A program made the position numbers and the translations under genes. Shown here piece after piece: positions 49,808-60,384 of a DNA stretch of 64,000 bases; the first letter of the stretch is position 1; each line of letters starts with the position of its first letter. Source of the stretch: Gammaproteobacteria bacterium (GTDB lineage Bacteria; Pseudomonadota; Gammaproteobacteria; G965277405); NCBI GenBank assembly GCA_965277405.1, contig OZ255726.1:224001-288000 (forward strand), in the 5' to 3' direction. The notes below the pieces were generated by a model that was given only the letters and a program-made list of their open reading frames with translations, was not told the DNA's origin and ran no database searches.

Positions 49808-50815
49808 ATGGCTGCAAAGAAAACCGCAAGTGTATTTACAATGATCGACGTTGGCGGCAAACGAATAAGCCGCCGAATGGCTATTGCCCAAGGAAGAATT
49901 GTTGTCAGTGCAGCTGCGTTTAGATTAATTGTAGCTAAACAGATACCAAAAGGTAACCCGCTGGCTCTTGCAGAAGTAGCAGGGATTTTTGGAGCAAAGC
50001 GCACCGCCGATATTCTGCCGTTATGCCACCCATTGCCACTTGATCAAGTCAAGGTTACGTGTGAACTGATCCCGCAAGACAGCGCGATTATGGTGTATTC
50101 AATGGTCGTTGCCACCCAAAAAACTGGCGTTGAGATGGAGGCATTGATGGCAGTGAATGCGGCACTGCTCTGCATATGGGATTTAGTCAAAGCAACGGAA
50201 CCTGCGTTGAGCATTGATGCAGTAACGTTGTTATGTAAAACTGGTGGTAAGCAAGATTTTTGGAAAAACCCTCACTGTGAACTGCCAGATTGGGTGATAG
50301 CAATGCTACCAGTCCAGCAGCGACTGCGTGACATATCTTGTGCTGTATTAGTATTGAGCGATACTGCTGCCAAGCATCCAGACTATGACAAGTCAGGAAA
50401 AACGCTGGTAGGATTGCTGCGACAAGACGGAGCCAGCGTTGCCAACGCAACAATTATTGCGGATGATGCCATGTTACTGGTGACAACGCTAAGCAGGCTA
50501 TGTGACAACACACGGTTGATTATAACCACTGGTGGCACAGGGGTGAGCCAACGCGATATTACCGCTGCAACCCTGGCGCATTTTTGTGATAAAAAGATTG
50601 AGGGAATTGGAGAATTGCTCCGCGCCGATGGTGCAAACTTCGTGGCGTCAAGCTGGCTGAGTAACGCCTACGCTGGCATTAAAGGCTCATGCGTAATTGT
50701 CGCCTTGCCAGGTTCAACAAACGCCTGTGTGCAGGGTTGGCAGGTGTTACGCAACATACTGCCACATTGCCTTACTATGATGGATGGACATGGACACAAT
50801 ACACCTACAAATTAA
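49808..50815 (+). CDS. moaCB: Bifunctional MoaC-MoaB/MogA
   Basis: ILPLCHP, TGVEMEAL; then DKSG, TTGGTG, LPGS. Confidence 0.9.
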   Translation: MAAKKTASVFTMIDVGGKRISRRMAIAQGRIVVSAAAFRLIVAKQIPKGNPLALAEVAGIFGAKRTADILPLCHPLPLDQVKVTCELIPQDSAIMVYSMVVATQKTGVEMEALMAVNAALLCIWDLVKATEPALSIDAVTLLCKTGGKQDFWKNPHCELPDWVIAMLPVQQRLRDISCAVLVLSDTAAKHPDYDKSGKTLVGLLRQDGASVANATIIADDAMLLVTTLSRLCDNTRLIITTGGTGVSQRDITAATLAHFCDKKIEGIGELLRADGANFVASSWLSNAYAGIKGSCVIVALPGSTNACVQGWQVLRNILPHCLTMMDGHGHNTPTN

Positions 50816-51062
50816 CTTGTTTGGCGCACTTGGTGAGCTGCAACCGCATATCGCATTTGATGTGAAACCAGGTATTGGTAGTGATGCCGTACGCGCAATG
50901 GCTGTCGCTGCTTTGCTGCAACACCACGTAGCGCACCCAAAACTCAACCATGATGCATTGCGCGGTGCAGCGCTTGCCAATGATGTTGAAATATTCACCC
51001 AAAACACAGCTATTGAAACAGCAATGACGCTTGCCTTGCTACCGCCTGTCAACGGTGGGTAA
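50784..51062 (+). CDS. moaD: Molybdopterin synthase sulfur carrier
   Basis: LFGAL; C-terminal LLPPVNGG. Confidence 0.88.
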   Translation: MDMDTIHLQINLFGALGELQPHIAFDVKPGIGSDAVRAMAVAALLQHHVAHPKLNHDALRGAALANDVEIFTQNTAIETAMTLALLPPVNGG

Positions 51063-51516
51063 CGCTACTTTTTATGGCAAACACCAGTTTGCCGTTGTAG
51101 CTGTTCCGCCTACGCTTGAGCATGCCATCGAGTATGTGCAGCATCAAGATTGTGGAGCTGTGGCAACGTTTATTGGCAATGTTCGCGCAGTGAATGTCGG
51201 CCGCCAAGTTGTTGCTGTGGAATATGAGGTCCATGCACCACTCGCACAGTCAATTATGGACGCGTTATTTACACAATTAGCCGCAGAAAATAATAGCAAT
51301 GTCAATGCATGGGTTTCACATATGCAAGGAAGAGTAACCCCTGGTCAAACAAGCGTAGTGATTGCTGTGGCAACTCCGCATCGTCAGCAAGCGTTTGCAG
51401 GATGTCGCTTTTTAATCGAAGAAATCAAAAACAAAATGCCAATCTGGAAGAAAGAACAGTATACAGATGGCGCAAGTGAATGGGTGCAAGGACACGCTTT
51501 ATGTCAACATGGTTAA
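51055..51516 (+). CDS. moaE: Molybdopterin synthase catalytic subunit
   Basis: CGAVATFIGNVR, EYE, PHRQQAF, PIWKKE; GTG start assumed. Confidence 0.9.
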   Translation: MGNATFYGKHQFAVVAVPPTLEHAIEYVQHQDCGAVATFIGNVRAVNVGRQVVAVEYEVHAPLAQSIMDALFTQLAAENNSNVNAWVSHMQGRVTPGQTSVVIAVATPHRQQAFAGCRFLIEEIKNKMPIWKKEQYTDGASEWVQGHALCQHG

Positions 51517-51518
51517 AG

Positions 51519-51803
51519 GGAAACTCTGATTAACTCGCTGATGGAACGAGTTTGCCTGTAATTGCACGGCACAAACCGCAGGCGCATGCCCTAGCATATA
51601 CGCCAAGGGATGCAACACAGCAAGGTCAGCAATTGCTGCAAACCGAAAGTATATGCAACACCACGACGGGAAAAAAGCGCTACTAAGTCGATGCAGCACT
51701 GGGCAATACCCACAAGACCAACCAGCATTATCTGCGCACTACGCTTAAGTTTCATCAGCGTTTTTGCTCCGTCTCGCCCATCATGGACTTAAGCAAAGCT
51801 TCC
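51519..51803 (-). mobile_element. MITE copy 2 bp after the moaE stop
   Basis: GGAAACTCTGATTAACTC...GACTTAAGCAAAGCTTCC-TTAA. Confidence 0.9.
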
Positions 51804-52261
51804 TTAAGTTTCCTTAGTGGCATCTGGGTTACATTGAATGCAGCAGTATCTACATGTTTTTTTACGCTCCAGCTCGGATAATCATTGCGTGACAGTAATT
51901 TCTGCATACTCTATATACTCACATGATCAGCTTGATAACAGTTATATTCATTTTTCTGTTTTGAAGCTGTGATTACGTCTTAAGTGGTTTAGTTGCAGCA
52001 AGCAAGGGTGAAAAGCAAAATAAATTGCGCAAGGCATGCTGATGGTCTGCTAGGTGTTACCCGCAGTCAGATACAGACTTACGCAGACTCCTTGCAATCA
52101 CTGGCATATGCCCACATAGGCAAAGAGCAATCGGAGTGTTGATAAGCATAACTTAAACAATATTAGTCGATTATCTGCATTTTATATTACTACCTTAGTC
52201 GTATATCGTATACATTCATAAAAGGATTTATTTTTACATTATTAGCATCTACTAACAGCCT

Positions 52262-53308
52262 ATGTTCAAAAAATTTCGCGGATTATTTTCTAATGACTTA
52301 TCGGTAGACTTAGGAACAGCAAACACCCTTATCTACATAAATGGGCAAGGAATTGTGTTAAACGAACCTTCTGTAGTTGCTGTTAAAGAACACGGAAATA
52401 AACGCACAATTGCTGCGGTTGGTTTAGAAGCCAAGCCAATGCTGGGTCGAACTCCTGATAATATTACAACAATTCGACCACTAAAAGACGGCGTGATAGC
52501 TGATTTTTATATCACTGAAAAAATGCTGCAATATTTTATACAAAAGGTTCACTCGAATAGTTTTATTCGCCCAAGCCCTAGGGTATTGATTTGTGTGCCG
52601 TGCAAGGCGACGATGGTTGAACGGCGAGCGATTAAAGAGTCCGCCCTTGGAGCTGGAGCTCGTGAAGTGTTTTTGATACAAGAACCACTTGCTGCAGCCA
52701 TTGGCGCAGGGCTACCATTTGATGAACCAAACGGCTCAATGGTGTTGGACATAGGTGGCGGAACTACAGAAATTGCTATTATGACACTCGGTGGGGCAAT
52801 TTATGCAGAATCGGTGCGTATTGGTGGTGACTTGTTTGATGAGGCAATTATTTCCTTTATCCGCCGCAAGTTTGGAGTGTTGATTGGGCTACAAACGGCA
52901 GAACGGGTGAAAGTTGAGATCGGCACCGCTTTTCCAGACGCAAATAGCATTCGAGAAACAGATATTCGTGGAAATGTGGTCGCAGAAGGGATACCCACAT
53001 CAGTAACGGTTACCTCAAACGATATGTTTGAGGCATTGCAAGAACCAATGATTAGATTAGTCCACGAGGTTCGGGTTGCCCTTGAAAAAGCTCCACCAGA
53101 ACTTGCCGCTGATATTGCTGAGTCAGGTATTGTATTGACAGGTGGCGGAGCGTTACTGCATAATTTAGACAAATTAATCTCAACTGAAACAGGACTGCCG
53201 GTGATATGTGCTGAAGACCCATTAACCTGCGTTGCCCGTGGTGGTGGTATTGCACTCGATTTGATAAATTCGAGCAATTCATTCCAATTAATGTTTTCTG
53301 ATGAATAA
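52262..53308 (+). CDS. mreB: Rod shape-determining protein
   Basis: [40 protein letters not shown]. Confidence 0.97.
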   Translation: MFKKFRGLFSNDLSVDLGTANTLIYINGQGIVLNEPSVVAVKEHGNKRTIAAVGLEAKPMLGRTPDNITTIRPLKDGVIADFYITEKMLQYFIQKVHSNSFIRPSPRVLICVPCKATMVERRAIKESALGAGAREVFLIQEPLAAAIGAGLPFDEPNGSMVLDIGGGTTEIAIMTLGGAIYAESVRIGGDLFDEAIISFIRRKFGVLIGLQTAERVKVEIGTAFPDANSIRETDIRGNVVAEGIPTSVTVTSNDMFEALQEPMIRLVHEVRVALEKAPPELAADIAESGIVLTGGGALLHNLDKLISTETGLPVICAEDPLTCVARGGGIALDLINSSNSFQLMFSDE

Positions 53309-53334
53309 ACCAAACACTATGGTGGTTGCAGCAG

Positions 53335-53469
53335 TGATGGCATCGTCTATCAGCACTATCTGGGAAACGCCGCATGCTTTCCATGTCATACAGTGCTTCT
53401 GCTACCCCTGGGTCTGATAAGTTGTACGATTGCTGTAAACAATACACGCGTAACATGGTCTGCATATTA
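53335..53469 (-). pseudogene. IS5 transposase internal fragment
   Basis: MQTMLRVYCLQQSYNLSDPGVAEALYDMESMRRF, nearly identical to about 59685-59820. Confidence 0.85.
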
Positions 53470-53522
53470 TTTGAGCTTAATAAACGGGGAGATATATCAC
53501 TTGCCAGTTTCATGAGGGATAT

Positions 53523-54546
53523 GGCTCTATTTGAATAAATTGTTGAAATATGATATGCTACAAGTATCAATCACATCCACAATGCTCTAAATCATGAAGA
53601 GCTCTGAATTTAATCAGTTAAAACAAGCAGTTAATGGGCTTTCTCCAAAGCAAAAGGCTGACTTAGAACAGCATTTAATCAATCCAGAATCGCAACCTCA
53701 AGTGCTGAAATTACTTGAACAAGCGGTACATGGATGCCCTCATTGCCAACATGACAGTACCTATAAGTGGGGCACGTCAAAAGGACGTCAGCGGTATCGT
53801 TGTCGATCATGCTTAAAAACCTATAATGCACTAACGGGTTCAGAATTGAATGGTCTGCATAAGCCTGAACTCTGGGAACAATACTGCCAAACGATGGTTG
53901 ATTCAAAATCGCTGCGCATTGCAGCAAAGGAATGCGGCATCAACCTCACCACGGCATTCACATGGCGTCATAAATTTCTTAAATTGGCTGATTTACTTAT
54001 GAGCAAGCAGCTTGAAGGCATTGTCGAAATGGATGAAACTTGGTTTAAATATTCTGAAAAAGGCAGTCGCTATTTAACCACTGGCAAGCCGCGAAAACGC
54101 GGTAATAGCAAAGCATCTACAGTGAAAGCTGTTATTGGCATCGATCGAAGTGGCAACATTGTCGATCAGGTTGTAGAGCACTTTACGCTGGATCAATTAC
54201 AGGCAACCTTTGTACCTAAACTCGCCGACGATCTGGTTCTCTGTACCGACGGTCATATCAATTATGAGCATCTAGCCAAGCAGAAAAATATCAATCATGT
54301 CGTGTTAAATCAACGCCTTGGTGAGCGGGTCAAAGACAAAGTTTTTCATATTCAAACGGTGAACGCTTACCACATGAGGCTCAAGCAATGGCTAGCCCCT
54401 TTTCATGGTGTTGCAACTAAAAATCTTCATAAATATTGTGGATGGTTTCGTTGGTTTGAGCTTAATAAACGGGGAGATATATCCCCTGCCAGCTTCATGA
54501 GGGATATGCTGTATACAGCATTTCAACAAACTATCAGAACATAGCC
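53523..54546 (+). mobile_element. IS1595-family element with 8-bp TSD
   Basis: Imperfect 27-bp TIRs GGCTCTATTTGAATAAATTGTTGAAAT / GGCTATGTTCTGATAGTTTGTTGAAAT; AGGGATAT on both sides. Confidence 0.92.
53594..54544 (+). CDS. IS1595-family transposase
   Basis: CPHC...RYRCRSC Zn ribbon, EMDETW, CTDG, HIQTVN, FHGVATK. Confidence 0.93.
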   Translation: MKSSEFNQLKQAVNGLSPKQKADLEQHLINPESQPQVLKLLEQAVHGCPHCQHDSTYKWGTSKGRQRYRCRSCLKTYNALTGSELNGLHKPELWEQYCQTMVDSKSLRIAAKECGINLTTAFTWRHKFLKLADLLMSKQLEGIVEMDETWFKYSEKGSRYLTTGKPRKRGNSKASTVKAVIGIDRSGNIVDQVVEHFTLDQLQATFVPKLADDLVLCTDGHINYEHLAKQKNINHVVLNQRLGERVKDKVFHIQTVNAYHMRLKQWLAPFHGVATKNLHKYCGWFRWFELNKRGDISPASFMRDMLYTAFQQTIRT

Positions 54547-54674
54547 AGGGATATGCTGTATATGGCATTTCAACAAACTCTCAGAACATAGCCAGATGTT
54601 ATCTGCAACTTGAACAGATACGGTTGGAACAAACCAAAAACATACTTTTAAACTTAATTGAGAAAAATAACTTA

Positions 54675-55709
54675 ATGATAAAACCACCAAATCTTTTTGA
54701 CTATGCAACTTCAGAACTTTCGCAAGATGCGTTTTTAGCTTGGCTTATAAAATGGGCGGATAAAGACTATCAAGAAATCGACAATGCTCTAAATGCCTGT
54801 GCTGTTTCGTTTGTTCAACAGCTTTCAGGACAAGATGATTCTTTTACGATAGAAACGGTTGAAGTAGGAAGGCAATGGAATAATATTGATGTTTGGGCTT
54901 TAGTAAATAATAAATACTTCATTGTAATAGAAGATAAAAAAGGAACACAAGAAAGTCCTGACCAACTCAACAAATACTCAGAAGTTGCTAAAAATTATTA
55001 TAAAAAATCAGACATTGTAATAAAGCTTGTTTACTTCAAAATGGAAGAGCAAGGTAAATACATTGATGTTACAAATTCAGGGTTTTTACCATTCCAAAGA
55101 AGTACAATGCTTTCAATACTTAATAACTATATCAACTCAACTGAAAAGGCAAAACAAAATAACATAGTTGTTGACTACTATAAGAACCTTGAGAATTTAG
55201 ATAATGATATTAATAGCTATTTAACTAAACCATTAAACGAATGGTATAGGTAATCTTGGCAAGGCTTCTACTTTGAACTTCAAAAACATTTAGACGGCGG
55301 AAGTTGGGTATATGTTTCAAACCCAAATGGTGGTTTTCTTTGTTTTTGGTGGAATTATAAAGTCTCAGAAGGTTGGAAACAATTTTACTATTATTTGCAA
55401 TTGGAAGAAGAAAAATTTGTATTCAAAGTTGTTGTTGACAAAGAAAATGAAAATGAGCGTAAGGAAATTCGGGAATTTTATCGCAATTATTTATACAAAA
55501 AAGCGAAAGAATTAGATATTGACATTTCACAATACGGTCGTTTAGGAAGTTATATGGGAGCTGCTATATTGAATTCTGAATATCGAATAACGAACAAAAA
55601 CGGACTTTTGAATTTTCAAGCAACAGTTAATAATTTGAAAGGAATGGAGAAACTAATGAACGAAACGGGAAAAGAAATGCAGATGCACATAACAAAGCAA
55701 AAAAATTAA
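54675..55709 (+). pseudogene. PD-(D/E)XK nuclease family gene split by one in-frame TAA (55251-55253)
   Basis: ATSELSQDAFLAWL, IDV...IVIEDK; same frame continues SWQGFY...WVYVSNPNGGF to 55709. Confidence 0.78.
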
Positions 55710-56088
55710 GCAATGGCAACATATAAGAAGCGAGGCTATGTTGCTTGTTGATTGCCTAGTCTAATGCTGCAAAGAAGCTTTAGTGGATTTACTATGCCTG
55801 CAAACATGACAACGAATGTGTTTTCTCATATTGATAGCTATGTGTTGCAATTATCGAATTTTTCACAAAATGCATTAAAGAAGCTCTGATTAAGTTACTG
55901 ATATTAGAGAGCATAAATCGTTTGCGAGTAGCTGTTTAACTCATTACCAACTACCTATTCTGGTGTAGATAATATGCAACTAGTAAATATGTGTATGGAA
56001 TATTGTCACTCCTGCCAACAGCTGAACACAATGCCAATTTTGTCCACAACAACTACACTTTTACACTTTGATGCAAAGGCCTAACTAA

Positions 56089-56272
56089 GGAAGCTCTGAT
56101 GAAGTCCATGATGGGCGAGACTGAGAAAAAACGCTGCTGAAACTTAAGCGCAGTGCGCAGCTAACACTGCTGGGGACTTGAGGGCATAGCCAGCCAAGTG
56201 CTGCAACGACGTTAGTACCGCTTTTTTCCCGTCGTTGTGTTGAATATACTTTGGGTTTGCGGCAATTGCTGC
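56089..56272 (+). mobile_element. Truncated MITE
   Basis: CTAA-GGAAGCTCTGATGAAGTCCATGATGGGCGAG; right end missing. Confidence 0.85.
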
Positions 56273-56354
56273 GCTAGCGGATGGCAGAGCGTTTTGTAGA
56301 ACAAGCACTATAGTAATGCCAACGACCAGCAGGTCGTAGAATTATGCAGACACG

Positions 56355-57179
56355 TCAGATTACCTTGTTGCGTAAATAGGCGGCTATCGCCTCGCCGATG
56401 ATCACAAGACCGATAATAGCGAACAGAATCGTCGCGACGGTTTGCCACGCAAAGGTATCAATCGCACCTTGCAGGATAAGTCCGATGCCACCAGCCCCGA
56501 CCAGTCCCAACACAGTGCTTTCGCGCAGATTTATATCCCAGCGCAGGATTGATACCGCAAAAAAGGTCGGCATGACCTGCGGGATCACCCCGTAAATCAG
56601 AATTTTGAACGAAGATGCGCCAACAGCCTGCAGTGCCTCAATCGGATCTCGATCGATTTCTTCAATCGCTTCGCCCAGAAGTTTGCCTAAAAAACCGATT
56701 GATCGGAAAACAATCGCCAAAATACCCGCCAGAACCCCAGGGCCGAATACAGCAACAAACAGCAGGGCCCAGATGATGGTATTCACCGAACGCGACGACA
56801 CCAAAATAAACCGACCAAGCCACAATGTGCCACGGTTTGGTGTAGTATTCTGCGCCGCAATCAGGGCAATCGGCATAGATAGCAATACGGCGAACAATGT
56901 CGCGATTGTCGCGATATTGATTGTTTCTAAAAGTGTCCAGGCAATAATTTGCCACTGATCGACCGATGGCGGGAACATCCGTCCGAACAGGTCGGCCATC
57001 TGTGCTGGCGCATCCCAAAGCCATGGCCAAAAAACATCAATTGTTGATAACGACCAGATGGTGGCCAAGGCAATAACACCAGTGATGGCAAATCGCTGCC
57101 AGCGCTCTCTAGACGAATAACGCGACCATTCGCGGTGCGCGATGGCATCAGGTCCAGATTGTTGCGTGGAGGCTAACAT
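56355..57179 (-). CDS. phnE: Phosphonate ABC permease
   Basis: RMFPP, LAAQNTTP-like motif, EAIEEID, DINLRESTVLGLVGAGGIG. Confidence 0.9.
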   Translation of the reverse strand: MLASTQQSGPDAIAHREWSRYSSRERWQRFAITGVIALATIWSLSTIDVFWPWLWDAPAQMADLFGRMFPPSVDQWQIIAWTLLETINIATIATLFAVLLSMPIALIAAQNTTPNRGTLWLGRFILVSSRSVNTIIWALLFVAVFGPGVLAGILAIVFRSIGFLGKLLGEAIEEIDRDPIEALQAVGASSFKILIYGVIPQVMPTFFAVSILRWDINLRESTVLGLVGAGGIGLILQGAIDTFAWQTVATILFAIIGLVIIGEAIAAYLRNKVI

Positions 57180-57982
57180 AGGTTCTTCCGAATATGCCCG
57201 CTAATGGCTTCAGTGACCAGAATGACGCCGATAATGCAAAGCGTAATGGCAAGGGCAAAGTCATAGTCATACCGACCAAACGCATTCAGCAAGGTCGAAC
57301 CGATGCCGCCCGCGCCAACAATGCCGACAATAGCGGATGCGCGCAGATTGCTGTCAAGCTGATAAATCGAAAGTCCAATTTGGCGCGGCATGATCTGCGG
57401 AATTACGGCATACAACATGGTCAGCAGCTGTCCGCTGCCTGCCGCACGGATGGCCTCAACCTGACCCCAATCTATTTCTTCGATCCGTTCGGCGAGCATT
57501 TTTGCAACAAAACCAATCGAATACACGGTCAGCGTCAGAATCCCTGCCAGCGGGCCAAAACCGACGGCTTTGACAAACAAGATAGCAACAATAACTGGGT
57601 GGAAACTGCGCGCGACAATGATGGTAGCGCGCCCGAGTATGTAAAGCCAGCGCGGGGAAATATTGCTTGCCGCTGCAAAGGCAAGCGGGATGCTAAGTCC
57701 CACACCTAGCAAGGTCGAGATAATGGCAATCTTAATGCTTTCCATAAAGCCGTCAAATAACAGTTCTCCACGGATAAAGCTCGGTGGAAATGCCCCCTTG
57801 AAAATGCGCATTGCTCGGGGGACGCCCTGTTGAATACGTTCCCAATCAAAGGGTAGAGTGGTTAACGCCCACCAGACATAGCCGGCAACAGCAAGAATCA
57901 ACGCCCAACGCAGTGCTGGATTGGCAATGAATGGAGGTTTTTTCCAGGTGAGGCCAGTCGGGGTTGCAACAGTACGGCTCAT
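57173..57982 (-). CDS. phnE: Phosphonate ABC permease
   Basis: AERIEEID, DSNLRASAIVGIVGAGGIG. Confidence 0.9.
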   Translation of the reverse strand: MSRTVATPTGLTWKKPPFIANPALRWALILAVAGYVWWALTTLPFDWERIQQGVPRAMRIFKGAFPPSFIRGELLFDGFMESIKIAIISTLLGVGLSIPLAFAAASNISPRWLYILGRATIIVARSFHPVIVAILFVKAVGFGPLAGILTLTVYSIGFVAKMLAERIEEIDWGQVEAIRAAGSGQLLTMLYAVIPQIMPRQIGLSIYQLDSNLRASAIVGIVGAGGIGSTLLNAFGRYDYDFALAITLCIIGVILVTEAISGHIRKNLC

Positions 57983-58021
57983 GTTGCAGCAACCTGGCGC
58001 AGATGGTTGCTGGTTGCAACA

Positions 58022-58110
58022 CCATCACGTTCCTCTGCTGGAACACCAGCATAGATTTCATCCATCGCGTTCTTCTGCTGGAACACCAGCATAGATTTGA
58101 TCCATCGCGT
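58022..58110. repeat. 40-bp tandem duplication at the phnC 3' end
   Basis: CCATCRCGTTCYTCTGCTGGAACACCAGCATAGATTTSAT twice, plus a partial third unit. Confidence 0.9.
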
Positions 58111-58816
58111 CATTGTTAAGGTCCAGCGCGGCGCCGTCAAAAATAATACGACCAAACCGCATGCCGACAATGCGCTGGGCATATTCCTTGGCTTCGTTTA
58201 CATTGTGAATATTTATCAGAACTGGCAGGCGTAGCTCGGATGCGAGCGCACACAGCAATTCCATGATTTGTTTGGATGCTTTCGGGTCAAGCGAGGCGGT
58301 GGGTTCGTCGGCCAGCAGGATTTCTGGTTGTTGCATTAACGCGCGCACCACACCGACTCGCTGGCGCTCGCCACCCGATAGTTCATCTGCACGTTTGTTG
58401 ACGTAATTGGCAATGCCGACACGTTCCATCAGATGAAACGCACGGTCGATGTCTTCCTGGGGATATTTGCGTGTCATCGCGCGCCATGCTGGAATATATC
58501 CCAAACGCCCCGACTGGACGTTTTCCATCACGGTCAGCCGATCAATCAGATTAAAGCCCTGAAACACCATGCCAATGCGGCGCCGTGCCAGCCGTAGGCT
58601 TTTGCCTGCGAGTGTGGTCAGTTCGGTGCCGTTAAGTTCAATACTGCCTGATGACGGTTCAACCAGACGGTTAATGCAGCGCAACAAGGTAGATTTGCCC
58701 GCGCCCGACGCGCCGATGATTGCAACAACACTTTCGCCTTGTACTTCAAGGTTCAGATTTTTCAACACGGCCTTTTCGCCACCATAACTTTTGACTAGTT
58801 CTTTGATACGCAGCAT
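58058..58816 (-). CDS. phnC: Phosphonate ABC ATP-binding protein
   Basis: GASGAGKST, LSGGERQRV, ADEPTASLDP; start set to MLRIKEL. Confidence 0.9.
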   Translation of the reverse strand: MLRIKELVKSYGGEKAVLKNLNLEVQGESVVAIIGASGAGKSTLLRCINRLVEPSSGSIELNGTELTTLAGKSLRLARRRIGMVFQGFNLIDRLTVMENVQSGRLGYIPAWRAMTRKYPQEDIDRAFHLMERVGIANYVNKRADELSGGERQRVGVVRALMQQPEILLADEPTASLDPKASKQIMELLCALASELRLPVLINIHNVNEAKEYAQRIVGMRFGRIIFDGAALDLNNDAMDQIYAGVPAEERDG

Positions 58817-58829
58817 GGCACTATCGTAG

Positions 58830-60079
58830 GGATAGCTCTGATTAAGACGCTCATATACTCCAATAACTCGCATATACTCCAAAAAAGTAATAGCAATAAT
58901 TTTCAATGGTCAATATTTGACCGTTTCGCTGATCTTCGTGTTGCTGTTTTACTGTTTGTTACTGTTTTTATTGTTTTTTACTGTTTTTCTTGAATTTTGG
59001 GCGGTTCTATCCCGTTAGTTGTCCGCGCAGCATGTACAAGTTCGTTAATGCAAGCAAAGAAAATACTTGTACTCGATTCTTTGCTAGTCCTTTGTAGCGA
59101 GCTTTCTTGTAACCAAACTGACATTTGATTACGCGAAAACAGTGCTCAATCCGGGCGCGCATTAGAGTTCTGTGTATTGCGTTGGCGCTGCGAGCCGCTC
59201 ATTGGCTGCTGTGGTTTACGTTTATCATTCACGCGCCAATCTATGCCAAGGTGGCGCGAGCCGCGTGTATAACTGTCGCTCGTATATCCTGCATCGGCAA
59301 AGATAACCTTATCTGTTTCACGCAGCAATTTTGGGAGTTCATTGATGTCCGCTGCATTCGCGGCTGTCGTGGTGGGCCGCGGCTGTGGTGGTAGGCATTG
59401 CCGCGCTATGAATCATATTGCTATTAGCGTCAGTTCCTATATGAATCTTCATGCCAAAATACCACTGATTGCCTTTGCGGGTTTGATGCATTTCAGGATC
59501 CCGTTTTTTCTCTTTATTCTGCGTAGATGACGGCGCATTGATGGTCGTGGCAGCAACCATCGTCCCTGGTGAGATTGTTATATTATTTTCCATACAATAC
59601 TCATTCACCACAGCAAGTATCTTGACGCTGAGTTGATGCTTTTGTATGAGCCTGCGGGGAATTCAAGATGGTGGTTTCAGCAGGGATGGCATCGTCTATC
59701 AGCTCTATCTGGGCAAAACGCCGCATGCTTTCCATGTCATATAGTGCTTCTGCTACTCCTGGGTCTGATAAGTTGTACCATTGCTGTAAACAATACATGC
59801 GTAACATGGTCTGCATATTAATCGGTGGTCCGGGACATTCCCTTTCTTGGGATAATGCGGTTGTATTAAACCTAACAACCGCTATTAACGCTAAAATGGA
59901 GCTAATTTGTCCATCGACTGCAAGAATTTCTCACGTTTCGTTGTTACTTTCTTGTGGTCGTATGTAGCACTGGCAAAAGTTGTTTGTTGCATAAGAACAT
60001 CCGCTTATGCAAATAGATTCTCTCTTTGTATCTCTTGCTAGCTGATATTGCTGTTGTTTGGAACTTAATCAGAGTTGCC
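58830..60079 (-). mobile_element. Full-length but frameshifted IS5-family element (IS5 subgroup)
   Basis: Ends ATAGCTCTGATTAAG / CTTAATCAGAGTTGCC; fragments MQQTTFA..REKFL, QQWYNLSDP, RDPEMHQTRKGNQWYFGMKIHIG, FADAGY. Confidence 0.9.
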
Positions 60080-60138
60080 TTAAGTTTCATCAGCGTTTTG
60101 TCTCCGTCTCACCCATCATGGACTTAAGCAGAAATTCC
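60080..60138 (-). mobile_element. MITE terminal fragment adjoining the IS5
   Basis: TTAAGTTTCATCAGCG...CATGGACTTAAGCAGAAATTCC. Confidence 0.85.
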
Positions 60139-60384
60139 CTAGGCTGCGCAACTGTTGGCGGGTGGCATGTTGTTTGCCGTATTGCTGTATTTGCTTTTTC
60201 AATTCAACACAGCTGGGCATGACTGTTTTGTCAAGTGTAATTACTAGCTACTGATAGCGTTTTTCTTGGTTTAATATGGCAGGAATAAGCAAGACTGTAC
60301 GGTCAAAACACGCCATGCCAGCGATGCTTGAACACCCTGCCAGTGGATAGCCTACCAACCCAAGTTGATTAAACCATGGCGGGA

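Noticed and set aside
49808-50815. MoaC-MoaB fusion as a novelty
   Set aside because: MoaCB fusions are already known.
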